64,000 bases of DNA from an uncultured Methanomicrobiales archaeon (GCA_963758915.1 CAVWXH010000016.1:32001-96000); one strand, 5' to 3'. Shown: positions 33,079-44,939, counted from the stretch's first letter. The notes: generated from the sequence alone by a model not told the origin. Program-made: numbers and translations.

Positions 33079-34929
33079 TCACTCTTCTTTCATCTTATAA
33101 TCTGCATCAACAACATTATCTTCTGGTTTTTTCTCTTCACTGCCGGCACCCTGGCTTCCTGCTGCAGATGCCGTTTCCTGCTGTTCCTGCTGGATCTTCT
33201 GGTAAATCTTAGCCGTGACTGCATATACAGCTTCGGTGAGCGTGTCCATTTTACTCTTTATTTCATCGGTTGAATCGTCCTCGAGTGCCTTCCGGAGCGC
33301 TGCAACGCCTTCCTCAACCTTGACTTTATCTTCCGGTTCGATCTTGTCTGCGCTGTCTTTTAACATTTTTTCTGCGGTAAAGATCGCTGTATCAGCGGTG
33401 TTCCGGACTTCAATTTCCTCTTTCTTCTTTTTGTCCTCTTCCTCGAATTTTTTCGATTCATTGACGTATCGCTTTATCTCATCTTCTGAGAGCTTTTTGT
33501 CGCCCTTGATGGTAATGGCCTGCTGGTTTCCGGTACCAAGGTCTTTTGCCGATACATGGATGATACCATTTGCATCGATATCGAAGGTGACTTCAATTTG
33601 CGGTAACCCACGCTGCGCCGGCGGGATACCGGTAAGCTGGAACCGTCCGAGGGGGAGGTTATCCTTGGCAAGTGCCCGCTCACCCTGCACGACATGGATC
33701 TCGACACTGGTCTGACCATCGGCAGCGGTTGAAAAGATCTGGCTTTTCCTTGTTGGGATCGTCGTGTTCCTCTCGATAAGCTTGGTCGCAATACCCCCCA
33801 GTGTCTCGATACCGAGGGTGAGCGGGGTGACATCCAGAAGGACGATATCTTTTGTTTCGCCGGTGAGTACCGCTCCCTGGATTGCAGCCCCCAGGGCGAC
33901 GCATTCATCAGGGTTAATCCCTTTATCCGGCTCTTTTCCGAGGATTTTACGGACCGTTTCAACAACAAGTGGTACTCTTGTTGATCCACCCACCAACAGC
34001 ACATGATCGATTTTATCGGGTGTAAGATTCGCATCAGAAAGGGCCTGTTTTACCGGTCCCACTGTGGATTCCACCAGGTCACCGATCAGTTGCTCGAGTT
34101 TTGACCGGGTCAGGTCAATATCAAGGAACTTGGGACCGTTCGCCCCGGTCGTGATGTAGGGGAGGTTGATGTTCGTCTTCTGCTTCTGTGAAAGTTCAAT
34201 TTTTGCATTTTCAGCCGCGTCACGTAGCCGCTGCGTGGCAATCGGATCTTTAAGAAGGTCGACCCCTTCTTTCTTTTTGAACTCATCAGCGAGGTAGTTC
34301 ATGACCCTCATGTCAAAGTCGTCACCACCAAGGTGGTTATTACCTGCCGTTGATTTTACTTCGAATACTCCGTCACCGAGAGCCAGGATGGACACATCAA
34401 AGGTCCCGCCACCCAGATCGTATACCAGGACTGTTGTGTCCTGTTCCTTGTCTATTCCATAGGCAAGTGCGCTGGCAGTCGGTTCATTTATTATTCGCAT
34501 TACCTCGAGCCCGGCGATCCTCCCTGCGTCCTTCGTTGCCTGCCGTTGTGCATCGTTGAAGTAAGCAGGAACGGTAATAACTGCTTTTGTGATCTTCTCA
34601 CCGAGGTACGCCTCAGCATCGACTTTCAGTTTCTGCAGGATCATAGCAGAGATTTCCTGTGGTGAGAACGACTTGTCGTCGATGGTAACCCGTTCTCCCG
34701 ACCCCATTTTTCTTTTAATCGACTGGATGGTCCGTTGTGGGTTTGTTACAGCCTGCCTTTTTGCGAGGCTCCCGACAATCCGTTCACCGTCCTTGGTGAA
34801 CGCAACAACTGATGATGTAGTCCTTGCTCCTTCTGCGTTCGGAATGACCACCGGTTTTCCGGCCTCGATGATTGCCATGCAGGAAAACGTGGTCCCGAGG
34901 TCAATACCTAAAATTTTTTCATGTGCCAT
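33079..34929 (-). CDS. dnaK: Chaperone DnaK
   Basis: [36 protein letters not shown]. Confidence 0.99.
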   Translation of the reverse strand: MAHEKILGIDLGTTFSCMAIIEAGKPVVIPNAEGARTTSSVVAFTKDGERIVGSLAKRQAVTNPQRTIQSIKRKMGSGERVTIDDKSFSPQEISAMILQKLKVDAEAYLGEKITKAVITVPAYFNDAQRQATKDAGRIAGLEVMRIINEPTASALAYGIDKEQDTTVLVYDLGGGTFDVSILALGDGVFEVKSTAGNNHLGGDDFDMRVMNYLADEFKKKEGVDLLKDPIATQRLRDAAENAKIELSQKQKTNINLPYITTGANGPKFLDIDLTRSKLEQLIGDLVESTVGPVKQALSDANLTPDKIDHVLLVGGSTRVPLVVETVRKILGKEPDKGINPDECVALGAAIQGAVLTGETKDIVLLDVTPLTLGIETLGGIATKLIERNTTIPTRKSQIFSTAADGQTSVEIHVVQGERALAKDNLPLGRFQLTGIPPAQRGLPQIEVTFDIDANGIIHVSAKDLGTGNQQAITIKGDKKLSEDEIKRYVNESKKFEEEDKKKKEEIEVRNTADTAIFTAEKMLKDSADKIEPEDKVKVEEGVAALRKALEDDSTDEIKSKMDTLTEAVYAVTAKIYQKIQQEQQETASAAGSQGAGSEEKKPEDNVVDADYKMKEE

Positions 34930-34934
34930 GATTA

Positions 34935-35495
34935 CTACTCCTTACCTTTTGAAACTGCAACTTTTGCGCATCTGACAATTTTGTCATGCATCCGGTATCC
35001 TTTACAAAACTCTTCGATTACCATTCCTTCCTCCTTTTCTGAAGGGATGCATACAACCGCCTCATGTTCGGCCGGGTTGAATTTCTCCCCTACTGATACT
35101 ACCGGGGTAATCCCGTGTTGTTCAAGGAGGGTCTGGAACAGCTTACTGATCTGTTCAAGACCTTCCCGGGTCTTGGAATTCTCTGAATTAATTGCACGGT
35201 CAAAATTATCGATCACCTCGATCAATTCAACAGCAAATTTTTCTATAGCATACCTGATGTGAGTGTCAAGGTCGCGCTCAGTCCGTTTCCGGTAATTATC
35301 GAAATCGGCCGCGAGACGGAGATACTTTTCATTCTGTTCCCTCAGTTCTTCCCGCAGGGGGTCGGTACCGGGATCAGTATTGATCTGATCCATTCCGGCC
35401 GTGTGTTCCGGAATAACGGTGCCAAAACCTCTTGCCGGATCTCCCGTTTCCCCATCGATATGCGCTTTTCCTCTCTCTCCATTCATGTGTGCCAT
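34935..35495 (-). CDS. grpE: Nucleotide exchange factor GrpE
   Basis: [35 protein letters not shown]; upstream of dnaK. Confidence 0.95.
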   Translation of the reverse strand: MAHMNGERGKAHIDGETGDPARGFGTVIPEHTAGMDQINTDPGTDPLREELREQNEKYLRLAADFDNYRKRTERDLDTHIRYAIEKFAVELIEVIDNFDRAINSENSKTREGLEQISKLFQTLLEQHGITPVVSVGEKFNPAEHEAVVCIPSEKEEGMVIEEFCKGYRMHDKIVRCAKVAVSKGKE

Positions 35496-35818
35496 ATAAC
35501 GGTCTATTATCTATTGCATTGTAGTTCTATATATAACTAACTCATAAGACAAACGAATAATCATGCTTGTTTTTAAATTTCAATCATTTAAATTGGTTGG
35601 ATTCATATAATCTGTAAAAGGGTGTAAAATAACCGCGCAGCGTGGGCTCTACCCTGAATGCTGGTAGTAATAAAAATGAAAAGGGCCTCTCTACGGATAA
35701 ATTCGTCCAAAAGAATTCCTGCTTGCCCTTCCTGTATAACGAGGAGCATAACCTGTCGATAGTGACAGGACCCGCTGTCCAATACTGTCATAACTGCTGA
35801 CGTACTTATACTGTCTCT

Positions 35819-37303
35819 ATGAAATGGGCACTGCTCTCTGTGTGGGATAAAAGCGGGATTATTGAACTTGCAACCGTACTTCATGAACATGAAGTTGGAA
35901 TCATGAGTTCAGGAGGGACCGGGAAAACGCTGTCCGAAGCCGGCATTCCATTCACGGAAGTTTCATCATACACAGGTTACCCCGAGATGATGGACGGGCG
36001 GGTTAAAACACTCCACCCGCGTGTCCATGGCGGTCTTCTTGGACGTCGGGGGATTGACGATGTAGTGATGCAGGCCCATGGGATCCACCCGATTGACCTA
36101 CTCGTGGTGAACCTTTACCCGTTCGAAGAAATGTCCGGGAAGGACCTTCCTCTTGAACAGTTGATCGAGTATATAGATGTCGGGGGTCCGGCAATGATCC
36201 GGGCTGCCGCGAAAAATTACCGGGATGTAGCGGTCGTTGTCGACCCTGGTGATTACCCGCTGGTGGAAAAGGCTGTTCTTTCCGGGGCATTCACGGATAC
36301 GGAGCGGATAACGCTTGCAAAAAAGGCCTTTTCACGTACTGCCGCGTATGACGCATCGATAAGCAATTATCTCCACACCGATGGAAAAAAATTCCCTGAT
36401 GTTTATACGGTCCAGTTCCGGAACGGGCGTCCGCTCAGGTATGGCGAGAACCCTCACCAGGAGGCCGCTATCTATGGGTGCACAGGTATCGCTTCAGCGG
36501 AACCATTCCAGGGAAAACAGATGTCTTATAATAATTACCTGGACCTGAATGCAGCATCAGGTCTCCTTTATGAGTTTGATGAGCCCTGTGCTGTAATAAT
36601 GAAACATAATAATCCCTGCGGGGTGGCTGTCGCCGGCACGGTAGCTGAAGCATACCGGAACGCACGGGATACAGACCCGGTATCTGCTTATGGATCGGTC
36701 GTTGCATTGAACCGCCCGGTTGATGAACCCCTTGCAAAAGAATTTTGTGCCACGTTTGTCGAGGTCCTTTGTGCTCCGGCCTTTACACGGGGTGCCCTTG
36801 AATTATTAAAAACAAAGGAGAATATGAGGGTTATCCATCTGCCAGACCCCGTCGTCCAGGATGAAATAAGGACAATCGCAGGTGGTATCCTGGTCCAGCG
36901 TACACCGCCGTACCAGGAGCACTGGGAGACGGTATCAGACCGGGACCCCTCTGCGGATGAGATGTCGGCGTTGAATTTTGCCTGGAAGGTCGTTAAGCAT
37001 ACCCGGAGTAATGCCATCATATTCGCAGGCCGGGGAAAAACCATCGGTATCGGTGCCGGACAGATGAGCAGGGTCGATGCGGCAAAAATTGCTATCGATA
37101 AAGCCCTTTCCCCGCTTAATGGCTCCGCAGTTGCATCTGATGCGTTTCTCCCGTTCCCTGATACTCTCGAAGTGGCAGTAAAGGCAGGTGCTACTGCGCT
37201 CGTGCAGCCGGGTGGATCGATCCGGGACAAGGAAGTAATTGATGCGGCAAATCACCACAATATTGCGATGATATTCACCGGGATACGTTATTTCAGGCAT
37301 TGA
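35819..37303 (+). CDS. purH: AICAR formyltransferase/IMP cyclohydrolase
   Basis: ALLSVWDK, GRVKTLHP, LRYGENPHQ, KHNNPCG, SDAFLPF, RYFRH. Confidence 0.97.
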   Translation: MKWALLSVWDKSGIIELATVLHEHEVGIMSSGGTGKTLSEAGIPFTEVSSYTGYPEMMDGRVKTLHPRVHGGLLGRRGIDDVVMQAHGIHPIDLLVVNLYPFEEMSGKDLPLEQLIEYIDVGGPAMIRAAAKNYRDVAVVVDPGDYPLVEKAVLSGAFTDTERITLAKKAFSRTAAYDASISNYLHTDGKKFPDVYTVQFRNGRPLRYGENPHQEAAIYGCTGIASAEPFQGKQMSYNNYLDLNAASGLLYEFDEPCAVIMKHNNPCGVAVAGTVAEAYRNARDTDPVSAYGSVVALNRPVDEPLAKEFCATFVEVLCAPAFTRGALELLKTKENMRVIHLPDPVVQDEIRTIAGGILVQRTPPYQEHWETVSDRDPSADEMSALNFAWKVVKHTRSNAIIFAGRGKTIGIGAGQMSRVDAAKIAIDKALSPLNGSAVASDAFLPFPDTLEVAVKAGATALVQPGGSIRDKEVIDAANHHNIAMIFTGIRYFRH

Positions 37304-37473
37304 ACCGGTTCAATCCGCTCCCTCTTTTTAATGGTTTACAAAACATAAGTCTGCGCGGTTTTAGAAAAAAGCATGGTGGAAAGGCGAACCAGGATTATTG
37401 CGAACAACCTCCGGTTTTATTGGGACACTATTAATTTCACATACGAACAACTCAACCACGTATGGTGATATCT

Positions 37474-38202
37474 ATGGATTATGGGAAAATGCTACAGGAT
37501 TCCTATACCTATGCAAAAGATGCGGTGTGGGGCAAATGGGAACGATGGCTTCTCCTTCTGATGAGTGTTGTGGTATTTCCACTGATAATCGGGTACATCG
37601 CAAAGATCTATCGCGGAGATCAACCCGCACCAAAATTTGAAGAAGGCGGGCTTTTTATTTTGGGCCTTAAACTCATTTTTGCAGGGCTGATCTATGCGAT
37701 TCCCGTTATTGCGGTGCTGTTGGTTACGATTTTCTATGCGATGGTCAATTTCATGCCCTATATTATCATGGGGAACCCCGCGTACATTTTCAACAACATG
37801 GACAAGTTTGTCGGTGTTCTCCTTGGTATCGGTATCGGACTGCTGATTACCGGGATTCTCGCCATAATCATCTCGTTCATTTCCACGATTGCCCTGATAA
37901 GGCTCGTAAAAGAAGGTAAGTTTTCTGAGGCATTCAATTTTGGTGCCGTTATGCAGACAATCCGGTCAATTGGCTGGGGTCGTTACATTGTTGCAATGAT
38001 TATCTACTGGGTAATCAGCATAATTTTCTTTGGTGTCATTGAGCTTCTTAACCTGATACCAATAGCAGGTATGGCCATTTACTGGCTGGTTTATATTATT
38101 GTGCTGGTGCCGTTCATTGTATTCTCGGCAAGGTACGTCACCCTGGTCTATGAAAGCGCCATACCGGAAATTCCGGATACTCCATCGGAACTTCCCGGAT
38201 AA
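37474..38202 (+). CDS. DUF4013-like membrane protein
   Basis: GGTGA RBS before ATG 37474; FPLIIGY, four TM segments, EAFNF..IGWGRY pattern. Confidence 0.75.
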   Translation: MDYGKMLQDSYTYAKDAVWGKWERWLLLLMSVVVFPLIIGYIAKIYRGDQPAPKFEEGGLFILGLKLIFAGLIYAIPVIAVLLVTIFYAMVNFMPYIIMGNPAYIFNNMDKFVGVLLGIGIGLLITGILAIIISFISTIALIRLVKEGKFSEAFNFGAVMQTIRSIGWGRYIVAMIIYWVISIIFFGVIELLNLIPIAGMAIYWLVYIIVLVPFIVFSARYVTLVYESAIPEIPDTPSELPG

Positions 38203-38352
38203 ATCGTATTTTTTAAATGTAACCGATAATTGCAGACATTTGATAAGCAACTGTGAAAAAATCCCAAATTTAACCAGAGATTTTAAATAATCCTGCCACA
38301 ATTCTCTATTGTGGTGGAACTTCCATGACAGATCGTTTTATTTGTTGAAAAT

Positions 38353-39840
38353 TTGCGTTTTTTTGATACGACCTTACGGGACGGGGAACAAACACCCGGC
38401 GTCTCGCTCGAACCGCATGAGAAACTCCAGATCGCGGAAAAACTCTCCTCAATCGGTGTTGATGTAATCGAAGCCGGTTCAGCGGCTGCATCGGCCGGCG
38501 AATGCGAGGCAATCCGCCTGATATCCGATGCAGGGCTGAGTGCAGAATGCTGCACCTATGTCAGGGCCATGCAGGGTGATATCGACCTTGCCGCTGATTA
38601 TGGAGCCGACTCGGTACACCTCGTGATACCGGTAAGTGACCTTCACATCCAGAAGAAGCTCCGGAAGACCCGGTCTGATGTACTCAGGATGGCCTATGAT
38701 GCAGTCGAATATGCAAAGGAACGGGGCCTGATTGTTGAATTATCCGGTGAAGACGCATCTCGAGCCGATCCTGAATTCCTGCTCGAGGTATACAGGGGTG
38801 GCGTTGAGCGGGGTGCAGACCGCCTTTGTTTCTGTGATACGGTAGGTCTCCTGACACCGGAGAAGACTGCCCTGCTGATCCCACCGTTGTGTATTGCACC
38901 GCTATCAATCCATTGCCATAACGATCTCGGGTTTGCGCTGGCGAATACCTTTGCAGCACTGAAGGCAGGTGCAAGCTGCGCCCATGTTACAGTAAACGGA
39001 CTGGGGGAGCGGGCAGGTAACACGGCATTTGAAGAGCTTGTAATGGCGCTGGAAGTCCTGTACGATTACCGGACATCGGTTGTGACGAATGAGATCTACC
39101 ATCTCTCTACCCTGGTCTCAAAACTTACCGGGGTAGCGTTACCGGTGAACAAGGCGATCGTCGGGGAGATGGCATTCACCCATGAAAGTGGTATTCATGC
39201 ACATGGTGTGCTTCGTGAACCGTCAACATATGAATCAGTGAAACCAGAACAGATCGGTCGTAAACGACGTATCGTCCTTGGAAAACATTCAGGTTCCGCA
39301 TCGGTTGGTGCAGCACTGAGCGAGATGAATTACCAGCCTGAAGAAAAACAATTGAAAGAGATCGTAAAAAGGATCAAGGTACTTGGCGATGAAGGCAAAC
39401 GGATTACCGATACCGACCTGATGACCATCGCCGATGCCGTGATGGCAATTGAATGCAGGCCTGTGCTCAGGATGAAACAATTCACGGTGGTTTCAGGGAG
39501 CAATGTAATCCCGACCGCATCGGTCACCCTCATCGTTCACAACGAGGAAATTACCAGTGCTGCGACAGGGACCGGGCCAGTTGACGCTGCCATGGAAGCA
39601 CTAAGAAAATCTGTTGCTGATGTTGCTGACATCAGGCTTGAAGAGTACCATGTAGACGCAATCAGCGGTGGAACGGACGCGCTTGTCGATGTAACGGTAA
39701 GGTTAAGTAAAGACGGAAAGATAATTACGTCACGAGGCGCCCGTACCGATATCATCATGGCAAGTGTGGAAGCGGTGATCGCCGGAATGAACAGGTTATT
39801 GAGGGAAGAGAATGAAAACCGGAGCAAAACTCCTGATTGA
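38353..39840 (+). CDS. cimA: (R)-citramalate synthase, LeuA/CimA family (start uncertain)
   Basis: DTTLRDGEQ, EAGSA (CimA-like rather than LeuA EAGFP), HCHND, GERAGN, HESGIH, regulatory domain; leads ilvB-ilvN. Confidence 0.8.
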   Translation: MRFFDTTLRDGEQTPGVSLEPHEKLQIAEKLSSIGVDVIEAGSAAASAGECEAIRLISDAGLSAECCTYVRAMQGDIDLAADYGADSVHLVIPVSDLHIQKKLRKTRSDVLRMAYDAVEYAKERGLIVELSGEDASRADPEFLLEVYRGGVERGADRLCFCDTVGLLTPEKTALLIPPLCIAPLSIHCHNDLGFALANTFAALKAGASCAHVTVNGLGERAGNTAFEELVMALEVLYDYRTSVVTNEIYHLSTLVSKLTGVALPVNKAIVGEMAFTHESGIHAHGVLREPSTYESVKPEQIGRKRRIVLGKHSGSASVGAALSEMNYQPEEKQLKEIVKRIKVLGDEGKRITDTDLMTIADAVMAIECRPVLRMKQFTVVSGSNVIPTASVTLIVHNEEITSAATGTGPVDAAMEALRKSVADVADIRLEEYHVDAISGGTDALVDVTVRLSKDGKIITSRGARTDIIMASVEAVIAGMNRLLREENENRSKTPD

Positions 39841-41485
39841 AGGACTGCAGCGCGAAGGGGTGGAGACGATATTCGGCTACCCCGGCGGTGTAGTGTTGCC
39901 GATATATGATGAACTCTATGATTCACCATTGAGGCACATCCTGGTACGGCATGAACAGGCAGCCGCCCACGCAGCCGATGGCTACGCACGGGCAAGCGGT
40001 CGTGTCGGTGTATGCCTTGCCACATCAGGTCCCGGGGCCTGTAACCTGGTGACGGGTATTGCGACCGCCTACATGGATTCTATCCCCATCGTTGCTATTA
40101 CCGGTCAGGTCCCGACATCGTTGCTTGGAAATGACGCGTTCCAGGAGTCCGATATTACCGGCATTACAATGCCGGTGACAAAACACAATTACCTCGTGAA
40201 ACGGGCATCGGACCTGCCCCGGATCCTCCAGGAAGCATTTTATATTGCGGGGACCGGCAGGCCCGGACCGGTATTGATTGATATACCGAAGGATGTAAGT
40301 ACCGGGACCGTGGAAACTGAGCCTCCCAGGGTGGAGACGGTCAGTCTCCGTGGTTACCAGCCAACCTACAAGGGCCACCAGAGACAGATGGACCGGGCTA
40401 TAGAAATGCTTACGCTTGCTGAACGACCGCTCATATATGCCGGTGGCGGGGTGATCCTTTCCAATGCGTCTGAAGAGCTGGTGCGTTTTGCTGAGCAGAT
40501 GATGATCCCGATCACCACAACCCTGATGGGTCTTGGTGCAGTGCCCGGCGACCACCCGCTGAACCTCGGTATGCTCGGGATGCACGGGACCGAGTTCGCC
40601 AATTTTGCTGTCACAGAATGTGACCTCCTTATAGCAATCGGGGTCAGGTTTGATGACAGGGTTACCGGAAAGCTCGACACCTTTGCCCCACATGCGAAGA
40701 TCATTCATATCGATATCGACCCGGCAGAGATAGGGAAAAACAAGAAGGTCGATGTGCCTATCGTCGGCGATGTGAGGAATATCCTCGGGGAGATGGTAAT
40801 AAAACTGCAAAAGACGGGACATTACCAGACCTGGCATGAAAAAATAAAAGGCTGGAAGAAAAAGCACCCCCTCCGTTACAAGGACGACGGGAAACTAAGG
40901 CCCCAGTATATCCTCCAGCAGCTATCATCACTGCTGGAAAGCGATGACATCATTGTATCGGAAGTCGGCCAGAACCAGATGTGGACAGCCCAGTACTACT
41001 CTTTCCGGAAACCAAGGACCTGGATCACATCCGGGGGGCTCGGGACGATGGGGTACGGGCTGCCGGCATCGATGGGGGTGCACTATGCACGGCCGGACAG
41101 GACTGTCTTTGATATTGCAGGAGACGGGAGTATCCAGATGAATATCCAGGAGCTGGGGACAATAGCCCAGTATAAAATCCCGGTGAAAATCGCCATCCTC
41201 AATAACCAGTACCTCGGGATGGTCAGGCAGTGGCAGGAGCTGTTCTATGACCGGAGGTACTCGTTTACCGAACTGCCGTCAGTGGACTTTGTGAAAATTG
41301 CGCAGGCCTATGGAATTGACGGGATACGGGTAGAGTCCCGGGATGAAGTGTCGTCTGCACTGAAGACTGCAATTAACACTCCCGGGCCATTTATGCTTGA
41401 TTTCAGGATTGAACGGGAAGAAAACGTGTTTCCGATAGTACCCCCGGGTGCAGCCAATAACGAGATGATAGGAGGTAACAGCTGA
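39812..41485 (+). CDS. ilvB: Acetolactate synthase large subunit
   Basis: FGYPGG, RHEQ, TSGPG, GDGSIQMN..NNQYLGMVRQWQ. Confidence 0.97.
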   Translation: MKTGAKLLIEGLQREGVETIFGYPGGVVLPIYDELYDSPLRHILVRHEQAAAHAADGYARASGRVGVCLATSGPGACNLVTGIATAYMDSIPIVAITGQVPTSLLGNDAFQESDITGITMPVTKHNYLVKRASDLPRILQEAFYIAGTGRPGPVLIDIPKDVSTGTVETEPPRVETVSLRGYQPTYKGHQRQMDRAIEMLTLAERPLIYAGGGVILSNASEELVRFAEQMMIPITTTLMGLGAVPGDHPLNLGMLGMHGTEFANFAVTECDLLIAIGVRFDDRVTGKLDTFAPHAKIIHIDIDPAEIGKNKKVDVPIVGDVRNILGEMVIKLQKTGHYQTWHEKIKGWKKKHPLRYKDDGKLRPQYILQQLSSLLESDDIIVSEVGQNQMWTAQYYSFRKPRTWITSGGLGTMGYGLPASMGVHYARPDRTVFDIAGDGSIQMNIQELGTIAQYKIPVKIAILNNQYLGMVRQWQELFYDRRYSFTELPSVDFVKIAQAYGIDGIRVESRDEVSSALKTAINTPGPFMLDFRIEREENVFPIVPPGAANNEMIGGNS

Positions 41486-41988
41486 TGAAACCGCATACCC
41501 TCTCGATCCTCGTTGAGAACCGGGCCGGGGTGCTCTCACGCGTGACCGGGCTGTTCTCCCGGCGTGGTTTTAATATCGAGAGCCTTGCAGTCGGCACCTG
41601 TGAGGAGGCGGGGATGAGCCGGATCACCATTGTATGTATTGGTGACGATGCAGAGATCGAACAGGTGATGAAACAGCTGAACAAGCTCATCGATGTTATC
41701 AAGGTGTCAGATCTTACCGACAACGAGCGTGTTGAACGGGAACTCGCGATGATCAAGGTGAACGCGGACTCCGGGACAACCCGGAGTGAAATCATGCAGA
41801 TTGCCCAGATATTCCGTGCGCAGATCATTGACATGGGCACAAAGACTCTTGTGCTTCAGATTACGGGAAACACCGAGAAGATTGACGCCCTTGAAACCCT
41901 GCTCCGCCAGTACGGGGTAAAAGAACTGGTCCGGACGGGCAAAATCGGTATTCTAAGAGGTTCTAAAACCGTTAAAAGCGGAAAATGA
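41485..41988 (+). CDS. ilvN: Acetolactate synthase small subunit
   Basis: LVENRAGVLSRV.GLFSRRGFNIESL, KQLNKLIDV, ELVRTG. Confidence 0.96.
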   Translation: MKPHTLSILVENRAGVLSRVTGLFSRRGFNIESLAVGTCEEAGMSRITIVCIGDDAEIEQVMKQLNKLIDVIKVSDLTDNERVERELAMIKVNADSGTTRSEIMQIAQIFRAQIIDMGTKTLVLQITGNTEKIDALETLLRQYGVKELVRTGKIGILRGSKTVKSGK

Positions 41989-42163
41989 TCACATTTTTTG
42001 GGATTTTCTGGATCTGCCAAAATTTTTCCTATCATTAAATCAGAAAAGTATTTTTTTGTCATGAACTCAGTCAGACATGAGGGGACTTCAGCCCCTTCCC
42101 TGCGTCCCATCACTAATTAAGGATATTCAATGGGGGCGTTGTTCCTCAATTTTTTTGTATTTT

Positions 42164-42488
42164 TGTTCTGTCGAAATTCCTGCGGTCTTGTTGAAATCCT
42201 ATACGAATAAAAAAATTAGACGGAACTACGAAGACAGGAGGGGGTTTCACCCCCTCCCTGCCCCACCCCCGTTAAGATATTCTTCGGACAGGGTTTTGGC
42301 GAAGGTTCAGTTAAATTCAGAGTATTGGTGGATATCTCTATCCCAACCGGGGCCGCCAAAGCGGCGGGGCGGAGCCCCGTAAGCGTGACAAAATTTTGGA
42401 ATACCCTCTTCATCAAGATAGATTTGAGAGCATGCCAACAGAGCCCTAAAAATCAGTAACATTCGGCTAAGAGGATTTCTACCAGGCC
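42164..42488 (-). mobile_element. Nested locus: intact core element (42184-42445) inside an older copy; a further degenerate half-core at about 42070-42136
   Basis: Inner GGTCTTGTTGAAATCC / CCAACAGAGCC; outer TGTTCTGTCGAAATTCCTGC (42164) / GAGGATTTCTACCAGGCC (42471-42488). Confidence 0.8.
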
Positions 42489-42651
42489 TGCTTTTTCTCT
42501 AAATATCTGGAACTGCAGCCAGAAGCGTCGCAAATTGAGCCTGACCATGGTGAATCTTTTTATCCCTGCGAAGTGCCCCGGGCCTGTCAGGAAGGACCGG
42601 TCCCGACCATGATGGTCAATCATATAAATCGTGGCCACTTACTAATAAGAA

Positions 42652-43959
42652 GTGAAAACCGCGATACTTGGTGGGGGTCTTTCAGGCCTCACACTTGCAA
42701 GGCTCCTTGCCGCCCGGAATGAAGATATTACGATACTGGAAGCTGGAGGGCGTATCGGTGGGCTTTGCCAGTCTGTCCGGAAGGATGGGTTTACATTTGA
42801 TACCGGGGGTTCACATATTATTTTTTCCCGTGACCAGGAAGTGCTTTCCTTTATGCACGATGTCCTTGGCTGTAACCGGAATGAATGTGAACGGAATACA
42901 AAAATATTCTATAAAGGCCTCTTTATCAAATACCCGTTTGAGAACGGTCTTTCTGCCCTCCCAAAAGAGGACCTGTTCTTTTGCATCAATGAATTCGTGA
43001 AGGCCCTTGTAGCATCAGAAAAAGGAGAATTCAGACCTCCTGGTAACTTTAAGGAATGGATCTACCAGACATTCGGCAAAGGGATTGCAGAATGTTACAT
43101 GGTACCCTACAATGAAAAAATCTGGAATTACAAAACAGATATGATGTCTGCACACTGGATGGAGGGGAGGGTACCAAGACCCCCGGTTGAGGACGTCATC
43201 AGGTCCGCTATCGGGATCGAGACTGAGGGATATACCCACCAGTCTGTATTCTCTTACCCCCTGGATGGTGGTATTGAGTCCCTTGTCCAGGCGATTGGTG
43301 AACCGGTAAAAGAGCGGGTAACTACAGGTTTCCGGGTCACGTCCGTAACACGGGATGGTGGAAAATGGGTGATCAGCGACGGTAAACAGACCATTGTTGC
43401 AGACCGTTGTATTTCCACAATTCCCCTGCAATATCTCATCCCGACACTCAAAGACGTTCCGGAGGACGTAAGGAAGGCAGTGGATGACCTGAAGTATAAC
43501 TCCCTGATATCGGTCAGTATCGGAATAAAGGGTCAAGTGCCACCCATTTCGTGGATGTATATCCCTGATGAAAAGACCGGGATGGAGAACCGGATCTCGT
43601 TCCCCTCAAATTTCAGTCCCGGGACTGCACCCGCTGGTTGTAGTTCGATCCTCGCGGAGATCACCTATAATGAAGGGGATATTGTTTCGACAATGAGTGA
43701 CCAGGAAGTTATCGACCATGTGACCCGTTCACTTACAGGAATGGATGTTCTCTCTCCTGGATCAGTTATCTCCACCGGTTTGTACCGCCACCGCTTTGCC
43801 TACGTTGTCTATGACATTAATTACCTGAAAAATATAGCAATTATCAGAGAATACTGCAATAACATCGGCATCTCACTGGTGGGACGATTCTCCCGCTTTG
43901 AATACCTGAACATGGACGGGTGTATACGGAATGCAATTGATTTTGTGAAGGGCAGCTGA
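42652..43959 (+). CDS. FAD-dependent oxidoreductase (protoporphyrinogen oxidase/UDP-galactopyranose mutase-like)
   Basis: ILGGGLSG, IGGL, FDTGGSH, PYNEKIW, FSYP..GG, GRF..FEYLNMD; heads a glycosyltransferase operon. Confidence 0.8.
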   Translation: MKTAILGGGLSGLTLARLLAARNEDITILEAGGRIGGLCQSVRKDGFTFDTGGSHIIFSRDQEVLSFMHDVLGCNRNECERNTKIFYKGLFIKYPFENGLSALPKEDLFFCINEFVKALVASEKGEFRPPGNFKEWIYQTFGKGIAECYMVPYNEKIWNYKTDMMSAHWMEGRVPRPPVEDVIRSAIGIETEGYTHQSVFSYPLDGGIESLVQAIGEPVKERVTTGFRVTSVTRDGGKWVISDGKQTIVADRCISTIPLQYLIPTLKDVPEDVRKAVDDLKYNSLISVSIGIKGQVPPISWMYIPDEKTGMENRISFPSNFSPGTAPAGCSSILAEITYNEGDIVSTMSDQEVIDHVTRSLTGMDVLSPGSVISTGLYRHRFAYVVYDINYLKNIAIIREYCNNIGISLVGRFSRFEYLNMDGCIRNAIDFVKGS

Positions 43960-43960
43960 C

Positions 43961-44939
43961 ATGCGGGTGAATTTTTACGTGGAAGATCAGCTGTTTTTTA
44001 AATATATCGGCAGTGCAACGGTTGCGAAGTCCCTGTACCGCCAGGTTGCGGTCTCGTCTGATATTGACGTGACCTGGAAAAGTTATTCCCGGACTGCGGA
44101 TATCGTCCATTATCATTCGTTCGGCCCCATTGCAGCCGTTAACCGGCGGATCAGCACAGGGTGTAAAGTCCTGACGGCCCATTCAACGCCAAGGATTAAC
44201 CACGGGAATATTGCATTTGTTAAGGTGATCAACAAGCAGTACCCGAAAGTGTACCGGAAGATACGATCATATCATTACCATCTCAAAGTCATGCCATGAG
44301 GAAGTAACGTCCATGGTACCGGAAATGCCGGTGACATATATTCCGAATGGAGTGAACCGGGATATTTTCAGGAAAGATGACAGGAAGCGGGCAGCGTTTC
44401 GTGAAGAGTTCGGGATTGAAGATGACACGGAGGTTGTACTCACTGTCGCACAGCAGACGCCGCGAAAAGGGCTCTATGATTTCTTTGCCCTGGCCAAACA
44501 GTTCCCGGAGAAGAAATGGGTCTGGGTTGGCGGGCTTCCCTATGGGTTTCTATCGAAAGATTACCGTAAAATCCGGTTTATGCGCGACCGTTGCGGGAAA
44601 AATGTTATCCTTACCCGCCATATCAGAGATGTTGTTAATGCCTATAACGGGGCGGATGTCTTTTTCATGCCGTCGTATGCGGAGACATTCGGGCTTGTGA
44701 TCCTTGAGGCTCTTGCCTGTGGTCTGCCGGTGGTCGCGCGAGATATCCCCGAATTCCACGATATTTTCGGGGATAAGGTCCTGTATTTCGCAAATAACGG
44801 GGAGGCTGCAACATTGATCAATGACAAGCCCGCTTTACAGAGAATTGCAGCCGGTTCAAGAGACTATACACGGTCATTTGATATCAGGAATGTTGCAAAA
44901 CAACATGTTGAACTCTATCATTCGCTGGTGGAACCATGA
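43961..44939 (+). CDS. Glycosyltransferase family 4 (frameshift near 44262)
   Basis: DIVHYH, IPNGV, RKG, PSYAETFGLVILEALACGLPVV. Confidence 0.88.
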
